Source: an uncultured Armatimonadetes bacterium (lineage in GTDB: Bacteria > Armatimonadota > Hebobacteria > Hebobacterales > Hebobacteraceae). From it: a stretch of 64,000 bases of DNA. The notes under the pieces are model-generated. The model was not told where the DNA came from. It searched no databases and saw only the letters and a program-made list of their open reading frames with translations. The stretch is from the NCBI GenBank assembly GCA_963716175.1, contig OY970296.1, positions 4,384,001 to 4,448,000 on the forward strand, written 5' to 3'. The translations under genes were made by a program, and so were the position numbers. Shown here piece after piece: positions 11,831 to 22,213 of the stretch (its first letter is position 1; the number at the start of each line of letters is the position of its first letter).

Positions 11831-13478
11831 CCCTGCCTCCTCCCCGGCCGCCCCCGCGCATTCCGAATGGCGTGAAGCGAGGACCGCCGCCCTGGCCCTG
11901 CTCCGGCAGCTGACCCGACACGACTACCGTGTCGCCTTCCTTCAACCCATCCAACACCTCGATGTGGTCCGCGTCGCTGACTCCGGTCTTGATCGGCACC
12001 GTGTTGAACTGCGGCCGCCCATTCCGACCCTTGGTCATGACACTCACCGTAGCCCCCTGGGCCCCCTGCCGCACCGCATCGATCGGGATGGCGAGCACGT
12101 CATCGCGCCGGGCGACGGTGATGTTGACGGTGGCCGTCATGTCGGGCTTGAGCAGATGCCCAGGATTCTGCAGCGCGATGGTCACATCGTAGGTGACCAC
12201 ATTCTGCTGCATCGTCGAGCCCGAGGCGATCTTCACCACGCGGCCGAAGAACTTCCGATCCGGATAGGCGTCTATCGTGACCTCGGCCGGCTGGCCCAAG
12301 CGCACCCGGCCGATATCGGTCTCATCCACAAAGGCATCCACCTGCAGGCGATCCAGATCGGCGACGATGATGAGAGTGGGCGCAGAGAGTCCGGCCGCGA
12401 TGGTCTCGCCCTGCTGTTGGGTGAGCTGCAGCACGGTGCCGGAGATGGGAGTGCGGATGAAGGCCTTCGCCAGTTGCGCCCGGCTCTGCGCCAGCCCGGC
12501 CTCGGACTGCTTGACCGCCTCCCTGGCCTCGGCCACCTGCTGCTGCTTGATGGCGTTCTGTGCCGTTCCCGCTTGCGCCGCCGCGAGCGCCGCCTTCGCC
12601 TGGTTCACCTGCTGACGCGCAGACTCGAGGTCGGCGTCCAGCTTGGTGTTGACCAGCCGTTGATTTTCCTGCGCCGAAGCTAGCTGCGCGGAGTTCACCT
12701 CGGCTGTGGTTCTCGCCGTGTCAACATCCGCCTGGGCCACGTAACCCTTCTGGAAGAGCTGCTGCGTGCGCTTGAGATTGGCCTGGGAGTTGGTGTCATT
12801 CGCCTGCGCCTGGCGCACGGCGGCTTGCGCCGTCGCCCGCTGCAGATCGGCCGACCTCTCCACCTGCGTGAGGTTTGCCTGCGCTGCGATCAGCGCGGCT
12901 CGCGCGCTCTGGATGGCGGTTGCCGACTGGGTGCCTTGCAGACTCACGCCCGCCAGTTGCTCCGAGAGCCTACTCCGGTTGAGGGCCAGCGTGGCCTCAG
13001 CCTGGCGCACCTGAGCTTCCAGGTCGGGCACGCCCAATTCCGCGATCATCTCGCCTGCCTTCATCTGGGTGCCGACATCCGCGAACAGGCGCTTGATCGT
13101 CCCTGTGATCTGAGAGCCGATTTTCACCATGGCGCCGGTCTGGGCCGTGACCGAGCCGGTGGCCGATACCGTCTCGGTGATGCTCATCTTCCCAGCCTGG
13201 CCTGTCACCAGACCTACTGGCAGCCCCGGCCAATCGGCGCGCCGGATCACGAAGGCCGCGATCAGCGCCGCCACGACAGCTACGATCACCAGATTTGTGA
13301 CTAGCCGCCGCCGTCCCTTGGCCGCGCGCACGCGCGCCCCGGCATCACGCGCCCCACCAGCGCGCGCGGTCGCACGGCGCGCGGCGCCGTCACCGTTGTA
13401 TGCGCTGTCGGGGGCCCCAGCCGCCTGATGTTCGCCGGCTCCCTCTGAAGTGCTGGCGCTCTTGCTTTCTGTCATCAC
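11820..13478 (-). CDS. Efflux periplasmic adaptor (HlyD/MacA family)
   Basis: N-terminal TM, VSATGSV, long coiled coil, [22 protein letters not shown]. Confidence 0.9.
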
Positions 13479-14879
13479 CTACTCTCCTTCGATCGCGCCC
13501 AGCGCCGATTCCAGCGCGGCAAGCGAGGTGCTCAGCCCGAAGCGCGCGTTCACGAGATTGGTGCGCGCGGTCAAAGCGGCAGTCTCAGCATCGGTCACCT
13601 CGATATAGGCGGCCACGCCGGTCTCGTAACGGCCCGTGGCCAATCTCAGCTGCTCCTCTGCACTCGCCACCTCTGCTCCAGCGGCGGTGACTTTCTGTCG
13701 CGCGGTCTGCACGTTCAGATAGGCCTGCACGACCTGGGAGCTAACCGTCTGCTCGGTCTGCCGAAGCTGTGTCCGCGCGGCGAACAGATTCGCTTCCGCC
13801 TCTCGGATCCGCCCCTTGGTCAGTCCCACGTCCACCAGCGGCCAGGTCATGCTGACCCCGTAGGCCCAGCTGCTGTTTTCGGGGGGAAAGGTGCTTCCGG
13901 TCAGCCCGTAGCTGCCATTGACGAAGAAGCCCGGCCAATTCGTCCTGCGGGCCACCCGCAGCGCGTTATCAGCCGCCTCCACATCGGCTCGCGACTGCCT
14001 CACCGCGGGCCGATTCGCGAACGCCTCCTCTACGAGCTGCGCCGGGTCGGGCAGCGACGGCCCCACTTCCTGCGTCTGCTCGACGCGAGTGGGTGTCCTC
14101 ACATCCACGCCCAGCGCGAGGTCTAGGTTCACCCGGGCCGCCGCCACCGCGTTCTGCGCGTTCGCCAGGTTGAGCACCGCATCCGCCACCGCCGCCTCGG
14201 CCGTCACCACATCCGACCGCGGCGCCACCCCGGCCTGGTAGCGCGCTCGCGCCAGATCCAGGTGCGCTTGCTGGTCATCCACGTTCTGCTGCTGCACGTG
14301 GAGCAATTCCTGGTTTTGCAGGAGCGTGTAGTAGCTCTGCTTCACCTGGTTGATAGTGTCCTGCCGGGTCTGAGCGAGGGCCTGGCGAGCGGATTCCGCC
14401 TGATTCTGCGCCTGCCCCACCGTCGCCGGGGTCTTGCCGAAATCCCAGATCAGCTCGCGGCCCGAGAAGTTCGTGGTGTAGCCCCCGGTAGTGAACTGCC
14501 CGCCCACCGCGCTCACTCCGCCCCCGCCCCGGCTAGGCCCGGTCCGAGTGTGCTGCCCGCTGATGCTGACCGTCGGGTAGAGTCCGCTGGCAGCCTCGCG
14601 CACGCGCTCGTGAGCTGCCTCTGCGCTGTACCGGGCGAGGGCGACCTGCGGCTGCGCGTAGAGCGCAATGGCGATGGCCTCCTTGAGCGCCAACGCTCTC
14701 TCCAGCGGAACCTGGCTGGAGGCCGCCGCGGGAAGCGGCGGAACCTCCAGCGCCGGCAAGGTGGGCGCGGGAGTAGCGGGGGGGGGCGGCTGCGCGGAAG
14801 CCAGCGAGACGATTGCCAACAAGGTTGCGGCCCCCACCAGAAGGCGATATGCGGCTACGTGACGACCTTGACCCATCAC
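13479..14879 (-). CDS. TolC-family outer membrane efflux protein
   Basis: Signal peptide, repeated OEP-like helical halves (ARARYQAGVAPRSDV; RYETGVAAYIEVTDAE), operon context. Confidence 0.85.
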   Translation of the reverse strand: MMGQGRHVAAYRLLVGAATLLAIVSLASAQPPPPATPAPTLPALEVPPLPAAASSQVPLERALALKEAIAIALYAQPQVALARYSAEAAHERVREAASGLYPTVSISGQHTRTGPSRGGGGVSAVGGQFTTGGYTTNFSGRELIWDFGKTPATVGQAQNQAESARQALAQTRQDTINQVKQSYYTLLQNQELLHVQQQNVDDQQAHLDLARARYQAGVAPRSDVVTAEAAVADAVLNLANAQNAVAAARVNLDLALGVDVRTPTRVEQTQEVGPSLPDPAQLVEEAFANRPAVRQSRADVEAADNALRVARRTNWPGFFVNGSYGLTGSTFPPENSSWAYGVSMTWPLVDVGLTKGRIREAEANLFAARTQLRQTEQTVSSQVVQAYLNVQTARQKVTAAGAEVASAEEQLRLATGRYETGVAAYIEVTDAETAALTARTNLVNARFGLSTSLAALESALGAIEGE

Positions 14880-15335
14880 TTCTCCTCCTCGCCCCGGGCG
14901 GCTTCGAGAGCGCTCCGAAGCAGGTTGATGCTGTCTGCAATCCGCTCCAACTCGTGCGCCGACAGACGACGCAGCGCGCCTGCCATGTGCCGCTGTCGCT
15001 CCTTCCGGAAGACCTCCCTGGCTCGCCTCCCGGCATCGGCGAGACGCACGTATACCACGCGCCGATCATCTTTCCCGCTCTCCCGCTCCACCAGCCCCCG
15101 CTGAATTAGACGATCCACCAGCCCGGTAGCAGCGCTGAGGGTGATCCCCAACTTGTGCGCGAGCTCGCCCATGGTGCAGTCGCCCTGGTCGCCAATGCCG
15201 TGGAGCGCGCGCATCTGCCGCGACGGTCAGCTCCATCTCCCCATTGGCTATGGGCAGCCCGTGATGGAGCCTGCGAAGGATCTCTGGCAGCCCCTCTGCG
15301 ATCTCGTTCAGACAGGCTTCTTTGTCTCGCGTCAT
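14876..15335 (-). CDS. MarR-family regulator, +1 frameshift near 15220
   Basis: MTRDKEACL...MELTVA in one frame joins MRALHGI...TMGELAHKLGITLSAATGLVDRLIQRGLVER...DDRRVV; span is 3n+1. Confidence 0.8.
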
Positions 15336-15724
15336 ACTCGCTCCTCGGGCCTCAGGGACCAGATCCGGCCCCAGATACTTCGATGTACGAATACTGGGGC
15401 GGCCGCAGTACCAACAATGCGAATATTCTCTCTTCCTAAGTAACCTACGGCGCGCGCACGTCGCTGTCAAGGGCCAGCGGGCTACAATCCAGGGTGATTC
15501 CGTTGTGCATTGTGTCCGCCGGGAAGACGGTTTTCCCTGTAGGGGCGGGGACACCGAACCCCGCCTGATCACCTCTGGACACCACCCAACCGACCAGAAC
15601 CGATGTGGCAACTGCCCGCCGTCCCGCGGGGACAGGGAGAGGAGATTCAGGCGACTAGCAGCAAAGGACGTGAGACTTGGGTGCACGCAGGCAAGCACCG
15701 AAGAGGCGGCCAGGAGAATCATCC

Positions 15725-16717
15725 GTGGAGAAGCGACAGTTGGGGCGGGACGGACTCACCGTGTCGGCGGTGGGTCTGGGATGCATGGGAATGTCGGAGT
15801 TCTACGGCAGCCGCGATGACACAGAGTCCATCGCGACGATCCACCGGGCGCTTGACCTGGGGGTCAACCTCCTCGACACGGCCGATATCTACGGGCCGTT
15901 CACGAATGAGGAGCTGGTGGGAAAGGCCATCGCGCGCCGCCGTGGCGAGGTGACGCTGGCCACCAAGTTCGGCATCGTGCGCGGTGAAGACCCCCAGTCG
16001 CGCGCGGCGAACGGGCGGCCAGAGTACGTCCGCTCTGCCTGTGAGGCCAGCCTGCGACGGCTGCGGGTCGAGACTATTGACCTGTACTACCAGCATCGCG
16101 TCGACCCGAACACGCCCATCGAGGACACGGTCGGGGCGATGTCGCAGTTAGTCAAAGAGGGCAAAGTCCGGTTCCTCGGCCTCTCCGAGGCCGGCCCGCA
16201 GACCTTGCGGCGCGCCTGCGCGGTCCAGCAGATCACGGCGCTCCAGAGCGAGTACTCCTTGTGGACCCGCGACCCCGAAGCGCGGGTGCTGCCGACCTGC
16301 CGCGAGCTTGGCATCGGCTTCGTCGCGTACAGTCCGCTGGGTCGCGGCTTTTTTACGGGGCGCTTCAGGAGCCCGGACGACTTCGAGGCGGGCGATTTCC
16401 GGCGCTCCACCCCGCGCTTCCAGGGCGGGAACTTCTCCAGGAACCTGGAGCTGGTGCGCAGGATCGAGCAGATGGCCGCCGAGAAGGGCTGCCGCCCGGC
16501 CCAGCTCGCCCTCGCCTGGGTGCTGGCGCAGGGCCGGGACATCGTCCCCATCTTCGGCACTAAGCGTCGCAGCTACCTCGAGGAGAACCTGGGAGCGCTA
16601 CGGATCGAACTGACGCGGCAGGACCTGGATCGGTTGAATGCACTCGTGCCGCCTGGTATCGCCGCTGGTGACCGCTACCCGGAGCAGACCATGAAGTTGA
16701 TCGAGTCGGCGCAGTAA
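15725..16717 (+). CDS. Aldo/keto reductase
   Basis: [41 protein letters not shown]. Confidence 0.95.
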   Translation: MEKRQLGRDGLTVSAVGLGCMGMSEFYGSRDDTESIATIHRALDLGVNLLDTADIYGPFTNEELVGKAIARRRGEVTLATKFGIVRGEDPQSRAANGRPEYVRSACEASLRRLRVETIDLYYQHRVDPNTPIEDTVGAMSQLVKEGKVRFLGLSEAGPQTLRRACAVQQITALQSEYSLWTRDPEARVLPTCRELGIGFVAYSPLGRGFFTGRFRSPDDFEAGDFRRSTPRFQGGNFSRNLELVRRIEQMAAEKGCRPAQLALAWVLAQGRDIVPIFGTKRRSYLEENLGALRIELTRQDLDRLNALVPPGIAAGDRYPEQTMKLIESAQ

Positions 16718-17393
16718 GAGGGTAGCCCCGGAGCGGGGGCCGAACGCTCCCGGCGCGCTCGCCGATGCGCGGCTCGGTTCCCGCGATCAAGCGCCTGATA
16801 TTGTTCGTATGGCGCACCAGGACCAGCGCCGCCATCGCCACGGAGAGGATCAGGTACGGCCTGGGGGGATGGGCGGCCCACATCGCCGCCGGAACGCACG
16901 CGCTCGCCAGCATGGTCACGGGCGAGATCCACAACCACCGGCCGGCCAGTGCTCTGGGTGCTATCAGCCCCAGGGCCCACAGGCCAAGGGGGGCCAGCGC
17001 CAGCCGCCACGGGAGGACGCTAAGGCGAGCCAGGCCAACCAGGACGCCCAGCGCACAGGCCACGGCCTTGCCCTCCGCGAACCGCCCATCGCGGAGCAGG
17101 AACCAGAGTGAATAGGCATGACCCAGCATCACCAGGAAGGCCGCGGCCGCGACGACGGCTGCCGGCATCGCGAGCATCCCGGCGACGAGCACCATCACCA
17201 GCGCCTTGCCTACGTCTGCGATCAGGGTGACGAGGCCCAGCCAAACGCCTCCCACTCTCGCCACGTTGATTGCTCCCATGTTATGGGAGCCGTACTTGCG
17301 CACGTCCAACCCTTTCGCCGCGCGCACGAGCAGATAGCCGCACGGGACTGACCCGATCAGATAGGCGAACAGCAGCACACCCGCGGTGATCAT
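16560..17393 (-). CDS. plsY: Glycerol-3-phosphate acyltransferase PlsY
   Basis: [53 protein letters not shown]; 3' end uncertain because it overlaps the AKR gene. Confidence 0.8.
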   Translation of the reverse strand: MITAGVLLFAYLIGSVPCGYLLVRAAKGLDVRKYGSHNMGAINVARVGGVWLGLVTLIADVGKALVMVLVAGMLAMPAAVVAAAAFLVMLGHAYSLWFLLRDGRFAEGKAVACALGVLVGLARLSVLPWRLALAPLGLWALGLIAPRALAGRWLWISPVTMLASACVPAAMWAAHPPRPYLILSVAMAALVLVRHTNNIRRLIAGTEPRIGERAGSVRPPLRGYPLTAPTRSTSWSAPGSGHQRRYQAARVHSTDPGPAASVRSVALPGSPRGSCDA

Positions 17394-17866
17394 CTCGTTT
17401 CTCCCGCCGCCACCAGAACGGCGCTCCGCACCTGCCGCTCCAGCTCGCGGATCTTCTCGATCTTGCGCTCCGACTCGCCGCCGCGGAATCGCGCATCCAG
17501 CCAAGCGTCAACGATGGCAGAGGCCAGCTCGGGCCTAACCACCGTCGCGCCCAACGTGATGATCTGGGTGTTGTTGCGCTCCCGCGCGAGATGGGCAGTG
17601 CGGGCATCCGTCACCGGGGCGGCGTACACCCCCGGCACCTTGTTGGCGGCGATTGCCATCCCCAGTCCGCTCCCGCAGATGAGGATGGCGCGCTCGATCA
17701 GGCCGCTTCGCACTGCTTCTGCCACCGCGGCCGCGACGTCGGGGTAGTCAACCGGCTCCTGGGAGAAGCAGCCGAAGTCCCGGACTTCCCCGCCCCGCTC
17801 GCGCAAGTGCGCACACAATCGCCGCTTCAACTCGAACCCGTTGTGGTCGCTTCCGATGCCGATCAT
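17390..17866 (-). CDS. rpiB: Ribose-5-phosphate isomerase B
   Basis: IGSDHNG, DYPD, ICGSGLGMAIAANKVPG, NNTQIITLG. Confidence 0.9.
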   Translation of the reverse strand: MIGIGSDHNGFELKRRLCAHLRERGGEVRDFGCFSQEPVDYPDVAAAVAEAVRSGLIERAILICGSGLGMAIAANKVPGVYAAPVTDARTAHLARERNNTQIITLGATVVRPELASAIVDAWLDARFRGGESERKIEKIRELERQVRSAVLVAAGETR

Positions 17867-17878
17867 GGCAGTGCCTCC

Positions 17879-19048
17879 TTAAGCCCTTCCCCAGGCGATC
17901 TTCGGGTGCAGTCGCTCATGCTCCGCGGCCGCGTCTGCATACACCCGGACCAGCCTGGCCGTGGTCACGTCGGGGTCGAAGTCGCGGGCCCTGAGGCGCG
18001 CCGCCGCCGCCATGCGGTGGCGCAGGAACGGATTGTCGAGCAGCCATCGTACGGCCTCGCCGAAGTCGCGCTCATCGAAGGCCGTGACGAAGCCTGTCAC
18101 TCCGTCCCTGACCACCTCGCTCGGCCCGTACTTGTTGACAGCGACGCACGGCAGCCCTGCGCTCATCGCTTCCACCAGCACGATGCCCATAGCGTCGGCC
18201 GGCGAGGGGAAGACGAACACATCGGCGGCGGCGTAGTGGTCCGCAAGCTCGGCGTGCTCGACCCAGCCCGCGAATGTGGTCCGTGTCGCAATGCCCAGCT
18301 CCGCGGCGAGCCGGCGCAGCTCCCCCTCCATCGGGCCGCCCCCGGCCAGGCAGAGGTGAAGGGCGCGCCCCGGGCCGAGCCGAGCAACGGAGCGGAGCAG
18401 CATATCCAGCCGCTTCTCTCTCGCCAGCCGCCCCGCGTACAGGAGCAGCAGCGTTTGCTCCGACACCCCGAGCTCTTGCCGACGGCAGGCTCTTGCTTCG
18501 GGGCTAGGCCGCATCGCCGCCACCCCCTCGGGCACCACCTCAATCGGCTTCTGCACGCCCTGGCTGCCCAAGCACTCCCGCACCACCGCCGTCGCCGCTG
18601 TGACTCGATCTGCTGCTGCACAGTGCCGCAGGCACCGCCGGATCAGCCACTGCTTCAGGACGGGCTGCAGCAGCGGCAGGTACTGCCCGTACTCATTCAG
18701 CATGGTGTGATAGGTGTAGATCAGCGGGAGCCCATGCTTCCTCGCCAGGCGAACCGCGAGCTGTCCCATCGTGAATGGGTGGTGGCTGTGCACGATGTCG
18801 AACCTCTGTCCGGCCAGCACATCCAGGCTGTGGGCAAGTGGCGAAAGAGACGGGTAATGCTTCCTGAGCCATCTCACGCTCGGCAGCCGCACCACCTTGT
18901 CGTCATCATCGTGGTGCCCGGGGCACTCTGGCGCGAAGATCACAACTTCGTGGCCCTGCCCCTCCAGCGCGGTTCGCAGCGTCTTGATGCTGGTGACCAC
19001 GCCGTTGACGAACGGGTCATACCCCTCGGTGAGGAAGGCGATCTTCAT
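17879..19048 (-). CDS. GT4 glycosyltransferase (diacylglycerol glycosyltransferase-like)
   Basis: YDPFVNGVVTS, HSHHPF, YTYHT, GRLAREK, VEAMSAGLP. Confidence 0.85.
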   Translation of the reverse strand: MKIAFLTEGYDPFVNGVVTSIKTLRTALEGQGHEVVIFAPECPGHHDDDDKVVRLPSVRWLRKHYPSLSPLAHSLDVLAGQRFDIVHSHHPFTMGQLAVRLARKHGLPLIYTYHTMLNEYGQYLPLLQPVLKQWLIRRCLRHCAAADRVTAATAVVRECLGSQGVQKPIEVVPEGVAAMRPSPEARACRRQELGVSEQTLLLLYAGRLAREKRLDMLLRSVARLGPGRALHLCLAGGGPMEGELRRLAAELGIATRTTFAGWVEHAELADHYAAADVFVFPSPADAMGIVLVEAMSAGLPCVAVNKYGPSEVVRDGVTGFVTAFDERDFGEAVRWLLDNPFLRHRMAAAARLRARDFDPDVTTARLVRVYADAAAEHERLHPKIAWGRA

Positions 19049-19281
19049 CTCAGCCTATCCCTCCCGCGCCGATCGGCGCCAACTGCTGCATCCCGCCGCC
19101 GGCCCCAGTGCGTTCATCGTGCTTTCCTCTTACGGCTGCGCCTGACCGCGGGGCCAGCCTCAATGCAAAGATACCGTGCTCTGTGTGCGAGCGGATGAGG
19201 CGAGAGGACCAGGCCAGAGTCCCGTTTTCCTGGGACCTGTCGTGAAGGGGTTACAGCAGTCGAGGGGGGCGCAGCGGCGGC

Positions 19282-19941
19282 CTAGGCCGAGTCGGTCAGC
19301 CCATGGCGCGCGGCCAGCAGGGCGGCCTCAGTTCGGTGATTCACTTGCAGCTTCATGAAGATACTAGAGATGTGGTTCTTCACCGTCTTCTCGCTCAGGA
19401 ACAGCCGCTCCGCGATGTCCTTGTTCCTGAGCCCCTTGCCCACCAGCTCCAACACTTCCATCTCGCGCCGAGTGAGCTCCGCGAACACTTCCTTCGCCGC
19501 CGCGCGCAGCCGGCCCACCCGGGCGAACTCGTCCAGCACTCGCCCCACCAGCGAGGGCCCGATGAAACCCTCGCCCCGCGCCGCGGCGCGGATCGCTTCC
19601 ACCGCCTGCTCCGGCGGAGCGTCCTTGAGCACGTAGCCCGATGCCCCGGCCTTGATCGCTGCGAAGAGATGGTCATCATCATGGTGAATCGTCAGCACCA
19701 CGATCGCGCACTCCGGCGTCTCCTGCTTGATCTGGCGTGTCGCCGCGATGCCATCCATCTTCGGCATGCCCAAGTCAGTGAGGACCACGTTTGGCTTGAG
19801 CCGCCGTGCCAGATCCACCGCGATCTCTCCATCCGCCGCCTGCCCCACCACCTCGATGTCCCCCTCCGCGGCCAGCAATTGCGCCAGCGCCATGCGGACA
19901 ACGGTCTCGTCCTCGGCGATCACCAGCCTGATCCTCGGCAT
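19282..19941 (-). CDS. NarL/LuxR-family response regulator
   Basis: Receiver domain (AEDE, TDLGMPKMDG, GYVLK) plus LTRREMEVL...SEKTVKNHIS HTH. Confidence 0.95.
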   Translation of the reverse strand: MPRIRLVIAEDETVVRMALAQLLAAEGDIEVVGQAADGEIAVDLARRLKPNVVLTDLGMPKMDGIAATRQIKQETPECAIVVLTIHHDDDHLFAAIKAGASGYVLKDAPPEQAVEAIRAAARGEGFIGPSLVGRVLDEFARVGRLRAAAKEVFAELTRREMEVLELVGKGLRNKDIAERLFLSEKTVKNHISSIFMKLQVNHRTEAALLAARHGLTDSA

Positions 19942-19942
19942 C

Positions 19943-21130
19943 TCACCGGCCTTTCTGGGTCCTGCTCACCTCGCCAATGGGCACAGTGAAGGCGACCACG
20001 GTTCCTTTTCCCGGCGCGCTCGATACCTCAACCGTCCCTCCGACCGACTCTGCGCGCTGCGCCATGCCCGGCAATCCGGACCCTCCCCCGATTCCCGGCG
20101 TCTCGGAAAGCGAGGCAGGATCGAAGCCCACTCCGTTATCCTCGATGGTGCACGCGAAGCGGTCGGCGGCGAATTTCAGGGTCACTTCGACCTCCGTAGG
20201 GTGCGCGTGTTTCTCGGCGTTCATGACCGCCTCCTGCATCACGCGAAATGCGGCGTGCGCCACATGGGCAGGAAGGGGTCTAACGTCGCCCTCGATCTCA
20301 AGCGGCGCCGATGCGGAGGAGGTCTCGGTGAACACGGCTAGATGGTGCCGGAGCGCCTCGACGAATCCCTCCTGCTCCACCGCCGGCGATCGCAACAGCC
20401 GAACCAGGTAGCGCAGCTCCGCGGCGGCCTGCCGCACCGAGTAGCGCTGGTCCACCGCGATCCGCGCGGCCTGGGCCGGATCGGTCGCCATCAGCTTGCG
20501 CGCCAACTCCAGCCGCATCGTGATGTTCGCCAGGTAGTGCTGGATGCCGTCGTGCATCTCCCCGGACAGCCGGCCGCGGTAATCGGAAAGCGCTACCTCC
20601 TCTCGCAGCCTGCCAAGCTCCCGGACGAGCGCCGTTTCGGTCAGCGAGTAGTACACGGCCAGCGACGTCACCAGGAACAGCACTACCATGCGGGCCATCA
20701 GCGTCCCCCAGTACTTCTCGCTGGTGTGGTCCTGCCAGGTGGAGACAAGGTAGAGGACGGCACCGGCGGCGCTCACCGCAGCGGTTCGGCGCGGCAGCCG
20801 CTGGATGGAAGCGGTGGCGATCGGCCAGAAATAGGCGAGCGCGGCCTCGCTGTTGATGCCTCCGGTGAGATATACTGCACCGGTGATGATGGCCAGGTCC
20901 AGTGACAGCCAGAGGCTGGCCCACCTCCGCGAGAGCCCTTTCCTCAGCACCAGATACGCGCGCAACCCAAGGAAGCAAAGGGCCGCTCCGATCAGCAGGT
21001 AGAAGAGACTGAGGCCGTTGCCGGCCATCCGACGGCGGACGAAGTCGAATTGCACCCAGACCAGAGCCGCAAGCAGAAGCACCAGGTACTGGATGAAGAA
21101 GACGGCGGATCGAGTTCTGGCAGCCTCCAT
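19943..21130 (-). CDS. Membrane sensor histidine kinase (HisKA_3 type)
   Basis: Several TMs, EMHDGIQH, QEAVMNAEKHA, DNGVGF, GSGLPGM. Confidence 0.9.
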   Translation of the reverse strand: MEAARTRSAVFFIQYLVLLLAALVWVQFDFVRRRMAGNGLSLFYLLIGAALCFLGLRAYLVLRKGLSRRWASLWLSLDLAIITGAVYLTGGINSEAALAYFWPIATASIQRLPRRTAAVSAAGAVLYLVSTWQDHTSEKYWGTLMARMVVLFLVTSLAVYYSLTETALVRELGRLREEVALSDYRGRLSGEMHDGIQHYLANITMRLELARKLMATDPAQAARIAVDQRYSVRQAAAELRYLVRLLRSPAVEQEGFVEALRHHLAVFTETSSASAPLEIEGDVRPLPAHVAHAAFRVMQEAVMNAEKHAHPTEVEVTLKFAADRFACTIEDNGVGFDPASLSETPGIGGGSGLPGMAQRAESVGGTVEVSSAPGKGTVVAFTVPIGEVSRTQKGR

Positions 21131-21320
21131 ACCCCCTCCGCGGCCCCTGCGCGGCTGTGGTCAACTTCGCCCGTCGGGTCCGTTACTCCCCTTCTCGGTG
21201 GTGACAAGTCCCACAAAAACAGGACTACCGCGCAGGACTCCGGCCCCTTCTGGGCTGGCGCGTAATGAGGGAGAATCATCGGTGCAGGCAGCTCGCGAAT
21301 TCGGGCGGAGGTGAGATGCG

Positions 21321-21650
21321 ATGGGAGATCAAGTGCAGCGCCCGCCAGACCAGTTGCGTGTGGTGAGTGTCAGCCTGGGCTCCTCGAAGCGGAACCACGC
21401 GGTGGAAGTGGAGATGCTGGGCCGGCGCCTGCTCATTGAGCGCGGCGGTGTTGACGGCGACTCTGGCAGGGCCTGCCAGATGATCTGCAACCTTGGCGGC
21501 CGCTCCTTCGGCACCAATGTGATGGAGGGCGTGCTCATCGCGCTGGCGGGCAAGCCACCGGAGGAGATGCAACCGGACGATTACCTAGACATGCTCCGGC
21601 AGCTTGGCTGGCAACCGCGCGTCGCTCGACTCAGGGAGCAGCCGTCATGA
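21321..21650 (+). pseudogene. Short, apparently internally deleted member of the family often annotated 'quinate 5-dehydrogenase'
   Basis: N-terminal VVSVSLGSSKRNH...IER..DGD joined directly to C-terminal GRSFGTNVMEGVLIAL; from recall, family members are about 300 aa. Confidence 0.5.
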
Positions 21651-22213
21651 TAGCGACCCCTCACATGGTGGCAGGCGCGGCCATCGGGCGCGCCCTCCGC
21701 CGCCCCTGGCTGGCCTACCCGGCCGCCTTCGCCAGCCATTTCCTGCTCGACATCGTGCCTCACATTGACTGGCACGGGCTGTTCGGCATTGACCACGCGG
21801 GACCGACCCGTCTCGAAGCGCTAGCGGGAATCGGCGATTTCCTGGTCGGCGCGCTGGTCGTCGGCCTCGTCTCCAGGCGACAGCCCATGCGCCGCGTGAT
21901 GCTGGGCGGCGCGCTCTTCGGCGTCCTTATGGACCTCGTCGAATACGTCCCCCCTGTGGGCCCCTGGTTTCGGCATTGGGCCGGCGGCGCATGGCTGAGC
22001 AGATTCCATCACGGAATCCAGCATAACCTCCCGCCGACTCAGTGGCCGCTGGGGGCGGGGACACAGGTGGCGGCGCTCGCCCTCGCGCTGGCGGTCTGCC
22101 TTGGTGGCAGGAACTCCCGCTCCCGGCCGACAGGCACGCGGTCTCCCGAGGAACTCTGTGAGGGCCCGGCAGGGCCGTCCTCCCCGCCCCGTTCAGGGCT
22201 CGAATCTGGTTAG
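21647..22213 (+). CDS. Hypothetical membrane protein (putative metal-binding hydrolase-like)
   Basis: MIATPHMVAG, SHFLLDIVPH, FHHGIQH, hydrophobic segments; ATGA overlap with upstream ORF. Confidence 0.6.
   Translation: MIATPHMVAGAAIGRALRRPWLAYPAAFASHFLLDIVPHIDWHGLFGIDHAGPTRLEALAGIGDFLVGALVVGLVSRRQPMRRVMLGGALFGVLMDLVEYVPPVGPWFRHWAGGAWLSRFHHGIQHNLPPTQWPLGAGTQVAALALALAVCLGGRNSRSRPTGTRSPEELCEGPAGPSSPPRSGLESG

Noticed and set aside
16560-16717. 158-bp antisense overlap of plsY with the aldo/keto reductase gene
   Set aside because: The tail lies beyond the PlsY homology and probably reflects a lost stop or an indel error.
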